NCBI GenBank assembly: GCA_012295275.1
Contig: CM022677.1
Coordinates: 3,162,001-3,226,000 of the forward strand
DNA from: Chrysomallon squamiferum
Taxonomy: Eukaryota > Animalia > Mollusca
Direction: 5' to 3'
Length of the DNA stretch: 64,000 bases
Below are positions 50,968 through 64,000 of the stretch, in pieces. Each line of letters starts with the position of its first letter. Position 1 is the stretch's first letter. Both the position numbers and the translations under genes were made by a program. The notes under the pieces were generated by a model. The model did not search any database and was not told where the DNA came from. It saw only the letters and a list, made by a program, of their open reading frames with translations.

Positions 50968-51959
50968 TTGTTTTTATATTATTTAATTCAGGGGAAATTC
51001 AAGGTTTTGCAGGGGTAAAAAATGAGTTTAAATATATTTAAAATTATGTAATCATTGTGTACATATTTCTAAAATTGTTTAATTAGGGGTAATTAGATTT
51101 TTTATAAAAAAAAAAATAAATCTAGAATTTTTTATAAAAACAAAATCCATTTTTTCTTTATATTATTTAAATCAGGGGAAATCAACGGTTTAGGAGTAAT
51201 TAATGTAAATATAATTGAATATTATGTAATTAGGGGTAATTATAACTTTGCGTAAAAAAAACCCCAAATAATTTGTTTTTCTTTATAAATTGGTGTAAAT
51301 ATAATTTACTAATTAGAGGTAATTCGAATTTTTTAATAAAAAAAAAAATAATAATAAGATATTTTTAATGTAAACTGTTAATTAAATTGAACTTTTGATT
51401 GCATTAACCATGACTTTGCTGTTTTTAATTAGAAGAAACATGATGATCTTCAAGTTGAAATTACTTAAACCTGTCTAGATAATAAAACTTAAATATTCAG
51501 TTATCTTTGTTTAGACATTTCTGCCAGTTTTTATAATTTGCCTTTCCCATTTTAGAATTATTTCAATAAGGAATCTTTAAAAAAATAAATAAATAAATAA
51601 AAAATAAAAGAAAATAATATTAATCTCTTTAAAAAATGAAGTACAATTTTGTATTTAATATGTTTCCAACCAGAACGAAAATTAAAGCTGGTTTGTTTGT
51701 TATTATTTCTTAATTAATTACTGTAAAATTCCTATTTTGTAGAAAACTTTTTTTTTCGATTTGTCCCTTGAGTAAAAACAATGAATTTTTCTACATACAC
51801 TATAAATCTCGAGCTTTTCTAACAATGCATTATAATAATGAATTAATGTGACATATGTCTTTAAGATTTTTTATCATGAACCCATTTCACTTTTATTTGA
51901 TGTCATAGATTGTCATAATGAAGCCATAATCAAGCAAACTAAATTTTAAATTTTTTAAA

Positions 51960-52023
<64 letters not shown>

Positions 52024-52489
52024 GACATAGATAATTTCATTTTCATTTTCTTTAAAATAAAAATTACTGCAAATCTGTTTTAAAAAATACTTGGTTTTAA
52101 TAGTGCTAAAATTTTTTTTTTAATCTGATTAATTTCAGCTATTTTCAAGTATCTTTCAATGTTAATACAACAATTTAATATCGGGACAATAATATAATAA
52201 TAAATCATTAAAATAATCCAATTAATAATTCTGTTTTTTATCTCTATTTTTATATCATTTTTCTGTGTTTTTTGTGAAAGATAACAACAAACAAAACACT
52301 TGGAACTTGTATTTATTTTTACATAAACAAGGACACTGTCTTTCACATGCAGCAGTTATTTGACAATGAACACATTAACTCTTTCTCACAGATAACATGT
52401 ATGTACCAACTCATCCTTTCACATTCACATCTGTCTCTCTATGACTGCATCTATTTCTCCTCTGGAAACATACAAAACACAAATTTCCT

Positions 52490-52543
<54 letters not shown>

Positions 52544-54059
52544 TTCTCTACCAATCCAATATTTCTATACAACTTCAACAACTTCTTTATGTACATCTCC
52601 CTAACAGTTTATATACTTTCTGTGTATCTCCTATAAAACTAGTTTCAATGTCATATGTTCATTTTAAAATTAATTATTTTAAATTACTTTTGCAATTAAG
52701 TTAGTAAGTTACATCATAGAAAACATGCCTGTCCTCCTGAACTGGTGTTTTATGAGATATGAGGATATTTTTAGTTAGCTAGAAGAAATATATCGTTTGT
52801 TTCATCCGATTAAAATATAACAATAACATCTTTACTATCAAGTACATCTTAATGTTTCTTCTCCGGTTATCAATAAAATCTCACCAGAAACTTTTAAAAT
52901 ATCAGTCTGAACTGATTTATTTAATTATTTTTGTAAACACAAACAAAACTACAATAATAGTAATTAAAATGATAAATAAAATAATAATTAAGAAAGACTA
53001 CTGAAACAAGGGAAAAAGAAAAAAGTCAGAAAAGAAATAAAATGATTATTTCAGGCATATATTCTTTACACTAGATCATGATATTTTTGACTGAACCTCA
53101 GTTTATTCATAGAGATCTGAAATCTTATTTGTTTATAGAACATAAACTCTGTCCAGTGTCACAAATTATATCTAGAAAAATACAATGTACGTCAAAATTT
53201 CGTGTTTCAATACGATTTTTATCATGACTCGACACTGATTTTGGAAGAAAAAACTGGCAAAAGGATTTTTTCTAATGAAACACGTGTTATCCAGACAGTC
53301 AGCTACACGTCTGTACAGTCCGACTTGTCTTCAAAAGTTTCACCCAAACGTTTCTTCACAAAACACACGCCGTTGTACAGGACGAAAAGTAACACATTTC
53401 TTAAAATATTCTTACTAAATATTAATTACCAGAACACTAATTAAAAGTACAATCTGTGGTGTAATTAATGAAATTCACCTTCATCTTTCTCCACCTCACT
53501 GACACCAGCTTAGAAAAAGTATATTTGTAAAATATACCCAACGCTTTGCCAGGAATTTAAAAATGATACTTTCTTCTATTACTACTTCTGTCAGGAAGAG
53601 AAAAAAACAACAACACGAAAACACCCCACGAAAAAACAGTATTCGATCCTGGTGTTATTTGACATTTTATTAACATGTTTCACTGAAAAGCTAAGTAGGA
53701 GTAATTTTACACGGCGTTATGAAAATAAGAACCGCCATCACTATTTATGTTACATGTTTAATGTTACGTTAACAGAGGCGTAGTGGTAATAGTATGTATT
53801 GAAAACATGAATCTGGAAATCTAGCTCGCTATGTTTCTCAGTTTCTAAATTATTCCAGTAGAATATAAGCCAAGTATCAACTCGTCAGCTACTGTTCAAA
53901 AAAGGGTACATAACTCTGTATTTCCCTGCAGCATTTTATTGGTGTTTTTTTTTTCAATTCGCAGTTTCAGAGATTTAGTTTTAACTGTAGAAAAATGTGA
54001 CATTTTATATTTTCATACCTACATAATACCTTATAATAAGTGTAAGCCATAATTTTTTA

Positions 54060-54113
<54 letters not shown>

Positions 54114-55939
54114 CCATTGAGCTTCTCAAATAAATATCCGGCTCATTTTCACCTTTTTATTTTTATGTAAACAAAAATATAAATAAATACAAAAATACAA
54201 CATCATGTTTTGTTTCTCAACAAAAGGATTGAAAAGTGGATATCTCCAGGTTACTTGTCTGTGTGAAGCTATAGCTACGTCATAAAATATACTGACATCC
54301 AGACTGGAGCGATGATGTTAACTTTTCAAGTGCTATGGATATTTAGAAATAAAGAAATCGAATAAAGATTAACATGTTCTTTTCTTTGTATTACTATTGC
54401 TGTTGTTGTTGTTGTCGTTGTTGTATGATCTTTTTGGTGTTTTTTTTAATGTTTATACTGTAGCACTATAGTAAACACTATAGGTGTGATTTTTACTGTG
54501 GAAATACTGTATACATTCAGAAATGTAGATTGGGATTACTATTGTTGCTGTCGTTGTCGTTGTTGTTTTATGTTTATACTGTAGCATTATAGTAAACATT
54601 ACAGGTGTGATTTTACAGGTGTGGTTCCAGATTAGCGTGTTTTTATAAACAACAGTAGAATTATATGTGAATATCGAGAACGCTTCCATACTAATGTGAT
54701 ATTTTATTAACAGAACTTGTTTCACAGAACAGCTAAGTAGGAATAATTTTACACGGCGTTATGAAAATAAGATGCAACTTCAGAACCGCCATCACTGTTT
54801 ATGTTACATGTTTTATGTTGTAAACAGAGGCATAGCGGTAAAGTGATATTCTATTATCTCCCCTATAATCTATATATAAGCTATATATAAAAGTAAAATA
54901 TTACGGTTCTTTCGCTGAATTTAAATGTATTAGTATAAACAGGTCTGGTTGAAGCAAATAAACTATAAATATTGTCGTTCAGTTCCATTATAAGTGGTAA
55001 ACAGCGTTAATCATAATAACAAGAACATTTTTTTTGTTTCATTACTGCAATACAAAGGACATTTCAGTTGCCGTTTACAGGGACAAATATATAAATTTAT
55101 TAACATTAATATTAATATCTAAGATCCTTCAGTATTTTAGGCATACACAGAACATCTCCCATTGAGATAAAATATCATCGCTGCTTTATTATCAATGTTT
55201 TCTGCAGTGTTTATCATTTCTTTTACTGAAGTTTTAATTACAGCGACACCTGCACTTATCACTGTAATCTGAGAGGTAGATAGGTAGGTGGATAGACAGA
55301 TAGACTGACAGATAGATGGAGAGTGAGACAGACAGACATATATAGAGAGAAATCCATAGACAGACATACAGACACACAGACAGATAGAAAAACCCAAAAC
55401 TGAATAATTAAAATGACCAATAAAAGAAAGTTGTGAAAAGCGAGGTTAATGTGATATTATATAATAATGCATGTACAAAAAAGTTCTTACAAGTTCATTT
55501 GCCTATATATTATAAAATGTCTATCTATATCTATGTCAATCAATGCAATTATTATTTAACATAACATAGAATATATACATAAACACCCTCTCACTGATAT
55601 GAACTTACGTATATAACTATCCTCTAACGCAAACACGTATACCAAACTATTTCTTTTCTATGTGTGTGTAACTGGGTATGTGTGTGTCTGTGTCTCTGTT
55701 TATTTGTTGATAATTGTTTCTTTCTTTATAATGACGACTGTAATACTGACATAACGACATTAACGACAAAAACAACAATACTGATTGCAATACTACTACT
55801 TAAAATGATAAATAAAATAGTAATTCTGACCCACATTAATGAGTAGTTTGGTCCTCAAATTTGTTGTACTGATTATTGCTTACTACAAATAATAATTAGT
55901 CCTAATCATAATACAAGTCAAATTCAAAACTTGGATAAA

Positions 55940-56400
55940 CTAAACTCCTTGACAAATATCACACAAGAATACAATATCTTTCTACTGCACCAGCTGGGAT
56001 TTCAAGATTTGCGCAAGAATCAAGACAATACCAATTTGGGCACCCGTCACATCCTATGAACTCATCAGAATTCATTCCATCATCAACTCTGCACAGAGTT
56101 CACATTGTTCTTGTGTATCTACTACATCTCTGTCTTCTAGTTCAGACTCATCATCAACGTTTTCTTTGACTGCATCCACCGGTTCTGCTGTAGCATTCAA
56201 ATTGAACTGCCGTTTTGTCTTTGATATCTTCTATTTGTTGTTGATGTAATTTTGCCTTTAAAACATTTGCTTTCTTTGCCTTTTCTGCCTCCTTCTTCTT
56301 CTCCTCTGCCAACTCTTCTTCATACCTCTTGACACTTTCTTCTTCGGTCAATGCCTCGGATACCTCATCCTTTTGATTTTATTGCCCCAAGTGGTGGAGT
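55940..56400 (-). pseudogene. Frameshifted remnant encoding a charged coiled coil plus PHD-type zinc finger; probable C-terminus of a pogo/DDE_1-type transposase
   Basis: Manual translation across frameshifts: LTEEESVKRYEEELAEEKKKEAEKAKK ... EQCELC ... DEFIGCDGCPNWYCLDSCANL ... DIVFLCDICQGV*. Transposase origin inferred from architecture. Confidence 0.6.
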
Positions 56401-57486
56401 TAAATAAAAAGCATATTTCTTGCCTAATTATCAAGTTTCTCCTGCTGAACTTAAAAACCGATTATATGTTAAAACCTGTTATAATTTATCACTAACCTTT
56501 TGTCTATAGGACTAAAAAATAACACTCACTTTTGAAACCTCAAAATGCAGTATAGCGGCTGCAAGTCATAATAAACCTCGGAGGCCAGAATTGCCCCAAC
56601 TTACTACTAGTTTTAAATCAAATAATTTTCATGAATTAAATAAATTCAGTGAATGATCTCTATTCAGGCGACTTGAATTACTTTCTTTCTTCTTTTTTTT
56701 TTTGGTAAATTTTACCTAACACTCAGTCTTTTTTGTATATTTGCCAACGTGCGTGTTAAATAGAGTTGTTTCTCTTAGACCACGAACTTCTGAAATAGAT
56801 TACTCCTCGCATATACGAGGTGACGGTAAATTAGATTTGCTGCTTTTAGATGAAAATAACCAATTCTGTATAATGTTTTGTAGCAGACAGAATCAGCTTA
56901 TTAACATTCCCTGCGTTTTCTTTGTGTTTTAACTAACCACTTTCCTGTATTTTTGGTTTATTTAACGTGATATTATTATTTGATGAATTATTGTAAAATT
57001 GCATTTAATATTTTTCATTTAATTTTATTAATTTATTTTATTTATTTATTTCATTTATTTTAGTTGAAAAAATAGTTAGGAAAGTAGCAAGAGATCACGG
57101 TTTTGTAATATGAACAACAATCTTTCTGAGTGTAAATCAAAAAAAGTTCAGAAAGTAGACGTAAAATAATTGTATTTGGAAGTTTAATAACTTCCGTAAC
57201 CTCACGGAAACTTCCGATCGAAATCCAAGATGGCAGCATCGAACGCCGATCAATATTTACACACTTTTAAACATGTAGACCTTTATAATGCAATAATTCT
57301 ACATAGATCATTAAAAGTAATTTGGAGAAGTATGTCATATAATCAATGCCTCTTATACATAGATGGCTAATACTCTGTAGTATTTGCTGAAAACGTGGTA
57401 ACATTTTTTTTTTCTGGCGTTGACTTAATATACCATCTCGTACCCAATTCGTACTATTTTTTTTACCCTTTTCATTACAACATCGT

Positions 57487-57538
<52 letters not shown>

Positions 57539-57737
57539 TAAAAAATAAAAATAATAAGTAAATAAATAAAAATAAAATTAAATAATTTTCACTGACGCTG
57601 GTTGGAAGGATGCATCTATCCATATAGATATACACACATACACACATACATACACACACGTGTATAGGAACGATAATATATTTGTATGTTTAGAAGATGA
57701 TTAGTATGTATATGTATATAAAAGGATAAGTAACTAC

Positions 57738-57781
<44 letters not shown>

Positions 57782-58288
57782 AATGGTGGATAGGTGGTAG
57801 ATGATAACAGACAGGTAAACTGATAGACAGAAGAAAGACAGATTACTAGAAAGATAAATCGATGGAAGGAGGTATGAGTATATACCTGCACATCTGTAAG
57901 AACGACTGACTCTGTTGCTTATGTATAAATAGATAGATAAATAAATAAATATATTTATAGATAGATAACTAGATAGTGAGTCCAAGATAGACTGTGGCTA
58001 TGTATAACTGAGAAGGTGAGATAGATTGATATAGAGATAGTTTAGACATCGCTTCAGAGATAGATTGATATGTTCGGTAGAAAATAATTAGGTACATATA
58101 GATAGATATATACAGCTAAACTGATGTGCAGGTGTGTGCATAAATGTATGTGTTAGAGAGAATGGTTATATAAATGTGTGTCAAACATAGTGCTCTTTTT
58201 TGTGGATTTTTGAGAGAGTCAGATGATTGATAGAGAGATAATGGATTAAATATAAATAAATAAATACATGAGTGAATAGATTTATGTG

Positions 58289-58319
<31 letters not shown>

Positions 58320-59617
58320 TAGAGAGGTTAGATGTAGATGGATGGATGGACACAAACACAAACTGTAAAAACTACATAAATAGATACATAGCTACATAGG
58401 TTCATAATAATGATTATTTGTATTTATGTTAGAGGATTGGTATATAACTGAATGTATGAATAAGAGTATGTTTATATGGGTGTCAGAATGCAGTCAGATT
58501 GCAGTCAGATAGCTAGACTGAGAGAGACTGATATGTAGGTATGGTTATATGTATTTGTGTGTTATAGAGAGAACAGGTATTGACCTCACTATGAAACAGA
58601 GAAGTGAGTTTTCAGAGAATGAGAGATAATTATATATATAAATATATAGATATAGACAGACAGACAGACAGACAGAGGATAGTGATGAATAAATGGTTAG
58701 CTAGACAGGTAATGGACACATGTATATGAGTAAGAAAATCATATGATTTCTTCATTAAAGTCTGTTTCTATGTTAGAAAGAGGTGAGCAGGTGCAAGTTT
58801 AAGCTACACCACAGGTTGACCAATAAAGAGACAGATAGACAACTAGCCAGAGAACTTGATGATAAAATAAAACAAATATATAGATAGACAGACAGATAGA
58901 TAGAAACATGGAGGTAAGTAAGGATGGATGGAGTGTTAGATGGTGGGATGGATGAAAGTGTTGGTGCAATGAAGAATTGGGAAAATAATAAAAGGATAAA
59001 AAGAAGGAATGACGGACTGAAAGTTTTCAATTATATAAAAAATTACTTTTCAGACATTAACACATTGTTAACACATAAGGTCCTCATTGTAGGTCCATGG
59101 ATTGAGTGATGTATCAATGGAATTTGGCTTAAAATATAAACTGTGTGATGAGGAATATGTGGAGTTAGGAGGGATATGACTGGAAGTACAAATAAATTGT
59201 TAATGAGAGATTAGCGATTTCTGGCATTGTTTATGAAGAGAACATTAATTTGGAAATCTACACTGAAAGCATAGACGTCATCCATTGATACGAAGTAAAT
59301 ATGGTAAGATACAAAGATGTCTGTAACAGTTTGTGTTAAAGAGCACATTAATCACAGCACCTGTCATACTTAATTATCAGTTAATATCTGGTAAAATGAA
59401 ATAATCCATCTAATTAGAGTAATCTGGAGAGTGACAGAGAGCATAAGAAAGCCAGAGGGAAATATTTATATGTCATAACTTATTCTTAAGTACATACACT
59501 TCTGTCTATACTCTGTTGGCCTGGCTGTACATCTGTATATAGAAAGGGCTTTCAAATGAATTCAAATGTATTCGAAATTAGAAAAAAATAGCAATACCCT
59601 ATGTATGGACTTCTAAA

Positions 59618-60529
59618 ATATATGGAGCGGCTATCTCTTCTCAGTATGAATAAAATCTGATATCATTTCTGAAATGAGTTGGAACACTTCAAAATAAAAA
59701 ATAAATAGTACAAATTAAAAATTTTAACTATAGTTAATTATGTAATAATGTAGCTTTTAAGAACAAAATCTGTGCGAAACCTGATTGCATGAAAGAGAAA
59801 AGCAACACCACTTTTTAATTTAAAAAATATTAATCTATACAAACATCGTACATATGTTGAATATATATATATGAATGTATTCTAAAAATTTCTGAATTAT
59901 TGTTACTGTTTTGTAAATATATGTTCATAAATGCAACATTGAGAAGAAAAAACTTATTTAATTTGCTGTCACCACCACTGATCAAAATATAAATGACTGG
60001 CATGATTTTCATGTTTATGATATTTCGTGTTTGAAACGTTTTGTCAACTTTTGTGTTCATCAGTTGTTTTTGCCAGTTCAGGCTTTGAGCTGCTTTTTGC
60101 TTCCAGTCAGCTCAGGTCGTGCTTTTCACGTTCCCGCTACACACGGGAAGAGGGTGGAGCCCATGGACGTCGGTGTCGTTGCACTGGACGTGAACGATCG
60201 GGAGAACCAAAGAAATCCACCTGTACAAGAAGAAAAGAAAACTGTTTATTTATTATGTAATGTTATCTTTACTTAATTCGCAGTATGGCTGTGTCTAATA
60301 TGAAAGTAGGGAATATTTGCGAAAAATAATAATGTTTCAACATATTTTATTATGATACCTAATACTGAGGATGTATCCATGGGTTCAATGTCTCTGTCGT
60401 CGAAGTGGTCCACGTCCATGGGCTCTTCCACGCGGATTTGAAATGTTTTCATTTTTTAGTTTCTGAAGAAACATAGTAATCTGAGCATAACTAAAATCTT
60501 GTTTCTCAGCTGAAATGTAAATAACGGTC

Positions 60530-60595
<66 letters not shown>

Positions 60596-61010
60596 GAGTA
60601 GTGAAAAGACTCTTGTATTTAGCATTAATACCAATAGCGACTGTTATGTGAAGTGCTAATATAACAGAACAACAATGTCTGGAGGAACCTGCACATGTAG
60701 TCATGGCGCCACCTTGTATAGTTGAGATCTTTAGAATATAAAGAGGAAAATCCCTGGGACCGGTCCTGGGTGTGGTTGCTAAGATATACGGAGCGGCTAA
60801 CCACACGAGATTTCTGTCTTATCTCAGTATGAATAAAATCTGATATTATTTCTGAAATGAGTTTAAACACTTCAAAATAATAAATAAATAGTACAAATTA
60901 AAATTATAAACTTAATTATGTAATAATGTAGATTTTAAATACAAAATCTGTGCTGAACCTGATTGCATGAAAGAGAAAAACAACACCAAAAAAATAGAAA
61001 AATATTAATC
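59618..61010. repeat. Direct ~210-bp duplication (59618-59835 and 60783-61010)
   Basis: Both contain GGAGCGGCTA..TCTCAGTATGAATAAAATCTGATAT..AAAATCTGTGC..AACCTGATTGCATGAAAGAGAAAA.CAACACCA. Confidence 0.8.
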
Positions 61011-62744
61011 TTTATAAATGTCAAAATAGATATCGTACATGGGTTATGTATATATATATTTACACTCCTTTATTCTTTTTAAATAAAAACATTCGAAACA
61101 CTATCTATTACTGATTGTTGTTGTTATTTTTATGTAAAAATAAACATATTTTGACAAGGGTATATTAACAATATAAGAAACAGGAATCATAGCATTAGAG
61201 GTTAGAAAGTAATGCATACAGACAGTTTGCAGTTATCGTTGATTATCTAATCTAAAAATAATCTAGCACAACCTCACTATGAATAAAACAATATGTCCAG
61301 TTTGGACTTAAATATTTTAATAATATAAAAATTAAACCTACACAAATGTAACCTTCATCACTTGCAGATGCAATTCAATATATAAAGTAAAAAAACGAAG
61401 GAAAGTAGAGTCAGAACTAACTCGAATGCGCTAATCTTCAATATCGCCAACTGTGTCTATGTAAACAAAACAGTGATGACGTCATAGACCCGAACGTAAA
61501 AACGAAGTTAGCCGAATATTAATTTTTATTTTCAACTCCGATCGATATAATAATTATTTTTTGTATTTTCGAAGTAATTCGTGTTATTTTAGGTATGTAT
61601 ACCGCAAAGATATGTCTTGCTATTCAAACCGAAACAAAACCAACAATCGAGATGTCCGATTATTGAAATAAATTAATCTAAATTTCAATGATTATATTTA
61701 CTGATCATCATGTTCACATTCTTCACGTTTATGATGTTTCGTAAATAACATAGTGTTTTAATAATTATTATCAACTTTATATTCATCGGGTGTGTTTTTT
61801 ATCAGTTTGTGGTTTGAGCTGCTTTTCGCATCATGTCAACTGTCATGTCGTGCTTGTTGGACCACTACACACGGGAAGACGGTTTTGCCCATGGACACCC
61901 ATGGAGGTGACCCATCCGTAGGAAGAACAATCTACATCTACAAGAAGAAAGAAAATGTTTACTTACTTATTATAAAACGCAACTTCAGTACCGCCATCAC
62001 TATTTATATTACATGTTTTATGTTCTAAACAGAGATGCAGCTATAATATTATGTATTGAAAACACAGTTTATTGAAAAATACAAGTGTTATTTTTTAATT
62101 AACAATAGTAGAGCTGCTTCTCGCATCCTTGTTGTTTCCGGCACTTTTCTAGCTCGTTGGAGCTCTCCTAGTCATCACCGGGTCCGTGTTGGTTGCGTCC
62201 TGTTTGTTTGTTTGTCCTCTTCTCGGCTGCTGCTGATATTTCTTTGATCTGTTTTGGCTGCTTCCTTCTGGTCCAACAATTCCAATTTTTTTTTTTTTTT
62301 TTTTTTGCCAATGGTCTTTTTATTGATTAAAAGAATGCTGTGAACACCTGTAACTAAAAACAATAACATGAGTGTAGTTAACTTATTTACAGTTTTTTTC
62401 TTTTCTTTTATTTTATTTTTCTATTCTAATTAAAAAGATGTTATAAATATTTGCAGCTAAGAATAAGAACGTGAACTTATTTACATTTATTATGTACAAG
62501 AGAAAAGAAGAAAAAAAACCCCAACAAAACCGTTTTAGTATGGTCTGAAAGTAGGTGCGTATAGCACGTATAATTTTCATTTTAATTATTAATTTAATTG
62601 GCAATTCAAATTGATCCGTCAGTCAGCCGTTCCATCCATAGATCCATCGGCTGTTCAACCGATCAATCTGTAAGTCAATAAATTCATATAACAGTTGTTT
62701 TTTTGTTTTTTTGTGTAAACAAAAAAAAAAAAAAAAAAAGTATA

Positions 62745-63800
62745 AAGTTTGTATTTTGTGTTGAGAATGTAATTTGTTACTGCAGCGAGGACTAACTCTC
62801 TGTCTTTCATGTTTGGTGCCAGGATGTGTTGGAGCGTGAACTCGATTTTTAGTTCCGCCAGTGTATTTCGTAGTGCTTGTCTTTCCTTGGCGAAATTCTG
62901 ACATTGAAACAAGTAGTGTTCCACAGCTGCAGTTGGGTGATGTGGTGATGTTATGTTTGTATTGAATTGCGTTTACATTGGTTGAGTAACCAATTCTGGC
63001 TTTGGTGAGATTGTTGTTGTGTAGTTTGTTGGCGAGTGTGATTTTGGGTGTTTTCGTGAGTGGTTTGATGTTCAAGTGCCATTTGTTTTTGGTGTTGTTC
63101 CATTCGTTTTGGCATTGTTTGTCGTAATGTTTGGCAGCGATGGACACAATTTCGTTTATTCCGTAATGTATGTCTGTGCAGTTTCTCTTCGTCTTTAATG
63201 CTGAGTGACTCTTTGGCGTAATGGTCGGCAAGTTCGTTGCCGATGATGCCGACGTGTGCTGGGAGCCACTCGATGATTAGTTGTTTCTTGTTGTGTTGTA
63301 TGTCCTCGTGTAGATGTTGTATTCTGCTGAGTAGGTCTGGTCTGCTGGAATGTCCGGACTGTATGGAGATGACAGAACTTAGACTGTCTGAGAATATGAC
63401 TGTGTGTTTGTTGTTGTTGTGTTTCACCCACAGCATTGCTCTGATGATGGCTACCAATTCGGCCGTGTATGCCGAAAGGTGATTTCTGATGCGGCCGAAT
63501 TGTTTGCATGTGAGTTTGTTTGTGTGATCTTGGGCTATGAAGGCGAATCCTACTCTCCCGTTGTCTGGGTTTTTGGATCCGTCAGTGTAGATGTGCGTGT
63601 GTTGTTTGTAGTGGTCGTTTGCTGCTGCTAGAAATATGGCTTTTTTGAAGGGTGGTATCTCTGTTTTGTCTGTTTCTGTCTTGATCAGGAAAGGTGTGTT
63701 TATTGCTGGTTTTGTTTCTTTGTGGTATGCCGGCAGTGACATTTCCCCTATTCCTGTTTCCCTTTCGATTTAGCTGGCGTTACTATGGAAATTCAATAGT
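62745..63800 (-). mobile_element. Decayed non-LTR retrotransposon 3' end (RNase H plus C-terminal CCHC; I/Nimb/Loa-like)
   Basis: ORF 62951-63742 has RNase HI motifs IYTDGSK, AYTAELVAI, IFSDSLS and EWLPAHVGIIGNELADHYAK; continues via frameshifts into LTKARIG..CSC..EHYLFQC. Confidence 0.88.
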
Positions 63801-64000
63801 AGTAGATTTAAAGGGTTGCCCTATTCTTTGTTGGTCAGTGACCAGATCCTTGACAGGGTTGTCTGTGTTGAGGGTTATGTATTCTCAGGTTGTATTACAG
63901 CTTTTTCTGTATTTTAGTGGTTGGATGCTGTATTCTGACAGTATTCTAGTAACAATAGTAGCAATAGGAATAACAGTATCTGTATTAGTAGTAAGATTGG

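Noticed and set aside
51080-51325. Telomeric TTAGGG seeds
   Set aside because: Isolated single motifs, not tandem
61380-61690. Possible MITE with ATGACGTCAT palindrome
   Set aside because: No terminal inverted repeats or second copy identifiable in the window

Overview
Eukaryotic, AT-rich animal DNA; the 5S and 18S sequences look lophotrochozoan, probably molluscan (inference). Two 200-N gaps divide it into three contigs. (1) 1-6819 holds the intact 3' end of a + strand 28S rRNA gene and its intergenic spacer (IGS), with one garbled antisense 5S copy. (2) 7020-50767 holds about 2.4 tandem copies (periods about 19.7 and 17.8 kb) of a rearranged, non-functional minus-strand 45S rDNA unit. In each, 18S is split by about 1.55 kb of rDNA-derived sequence (post-28S subrepeats plus a second 5'ETS) and lacks the decoding motif. 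5.8S is 5'-truncated. 28S is reduced to fragments, including a 9-15x array of a ~155-bp domain II piece and a triplicated domain V-VI piece with mutated A-loop and sarcin-ricin loop. Each complete IGS still carries two intact, identical 5S genes on the opposite strand, bracketed by a 20-bp inverted motif, plus a G-quadruplex-type island and 6-13 spacer-promoter-like cores. (3) 50968-64000 is AT-rich sequence with a decayed PHD-finger/transposase-like tail, small paralogous exon-like pieces and the frameshifted 3' end of an RNase H-bearing LINE. No intact protein-coding gene is supported; nearly all listed ORFs are microsatellite or rRNA shadows.
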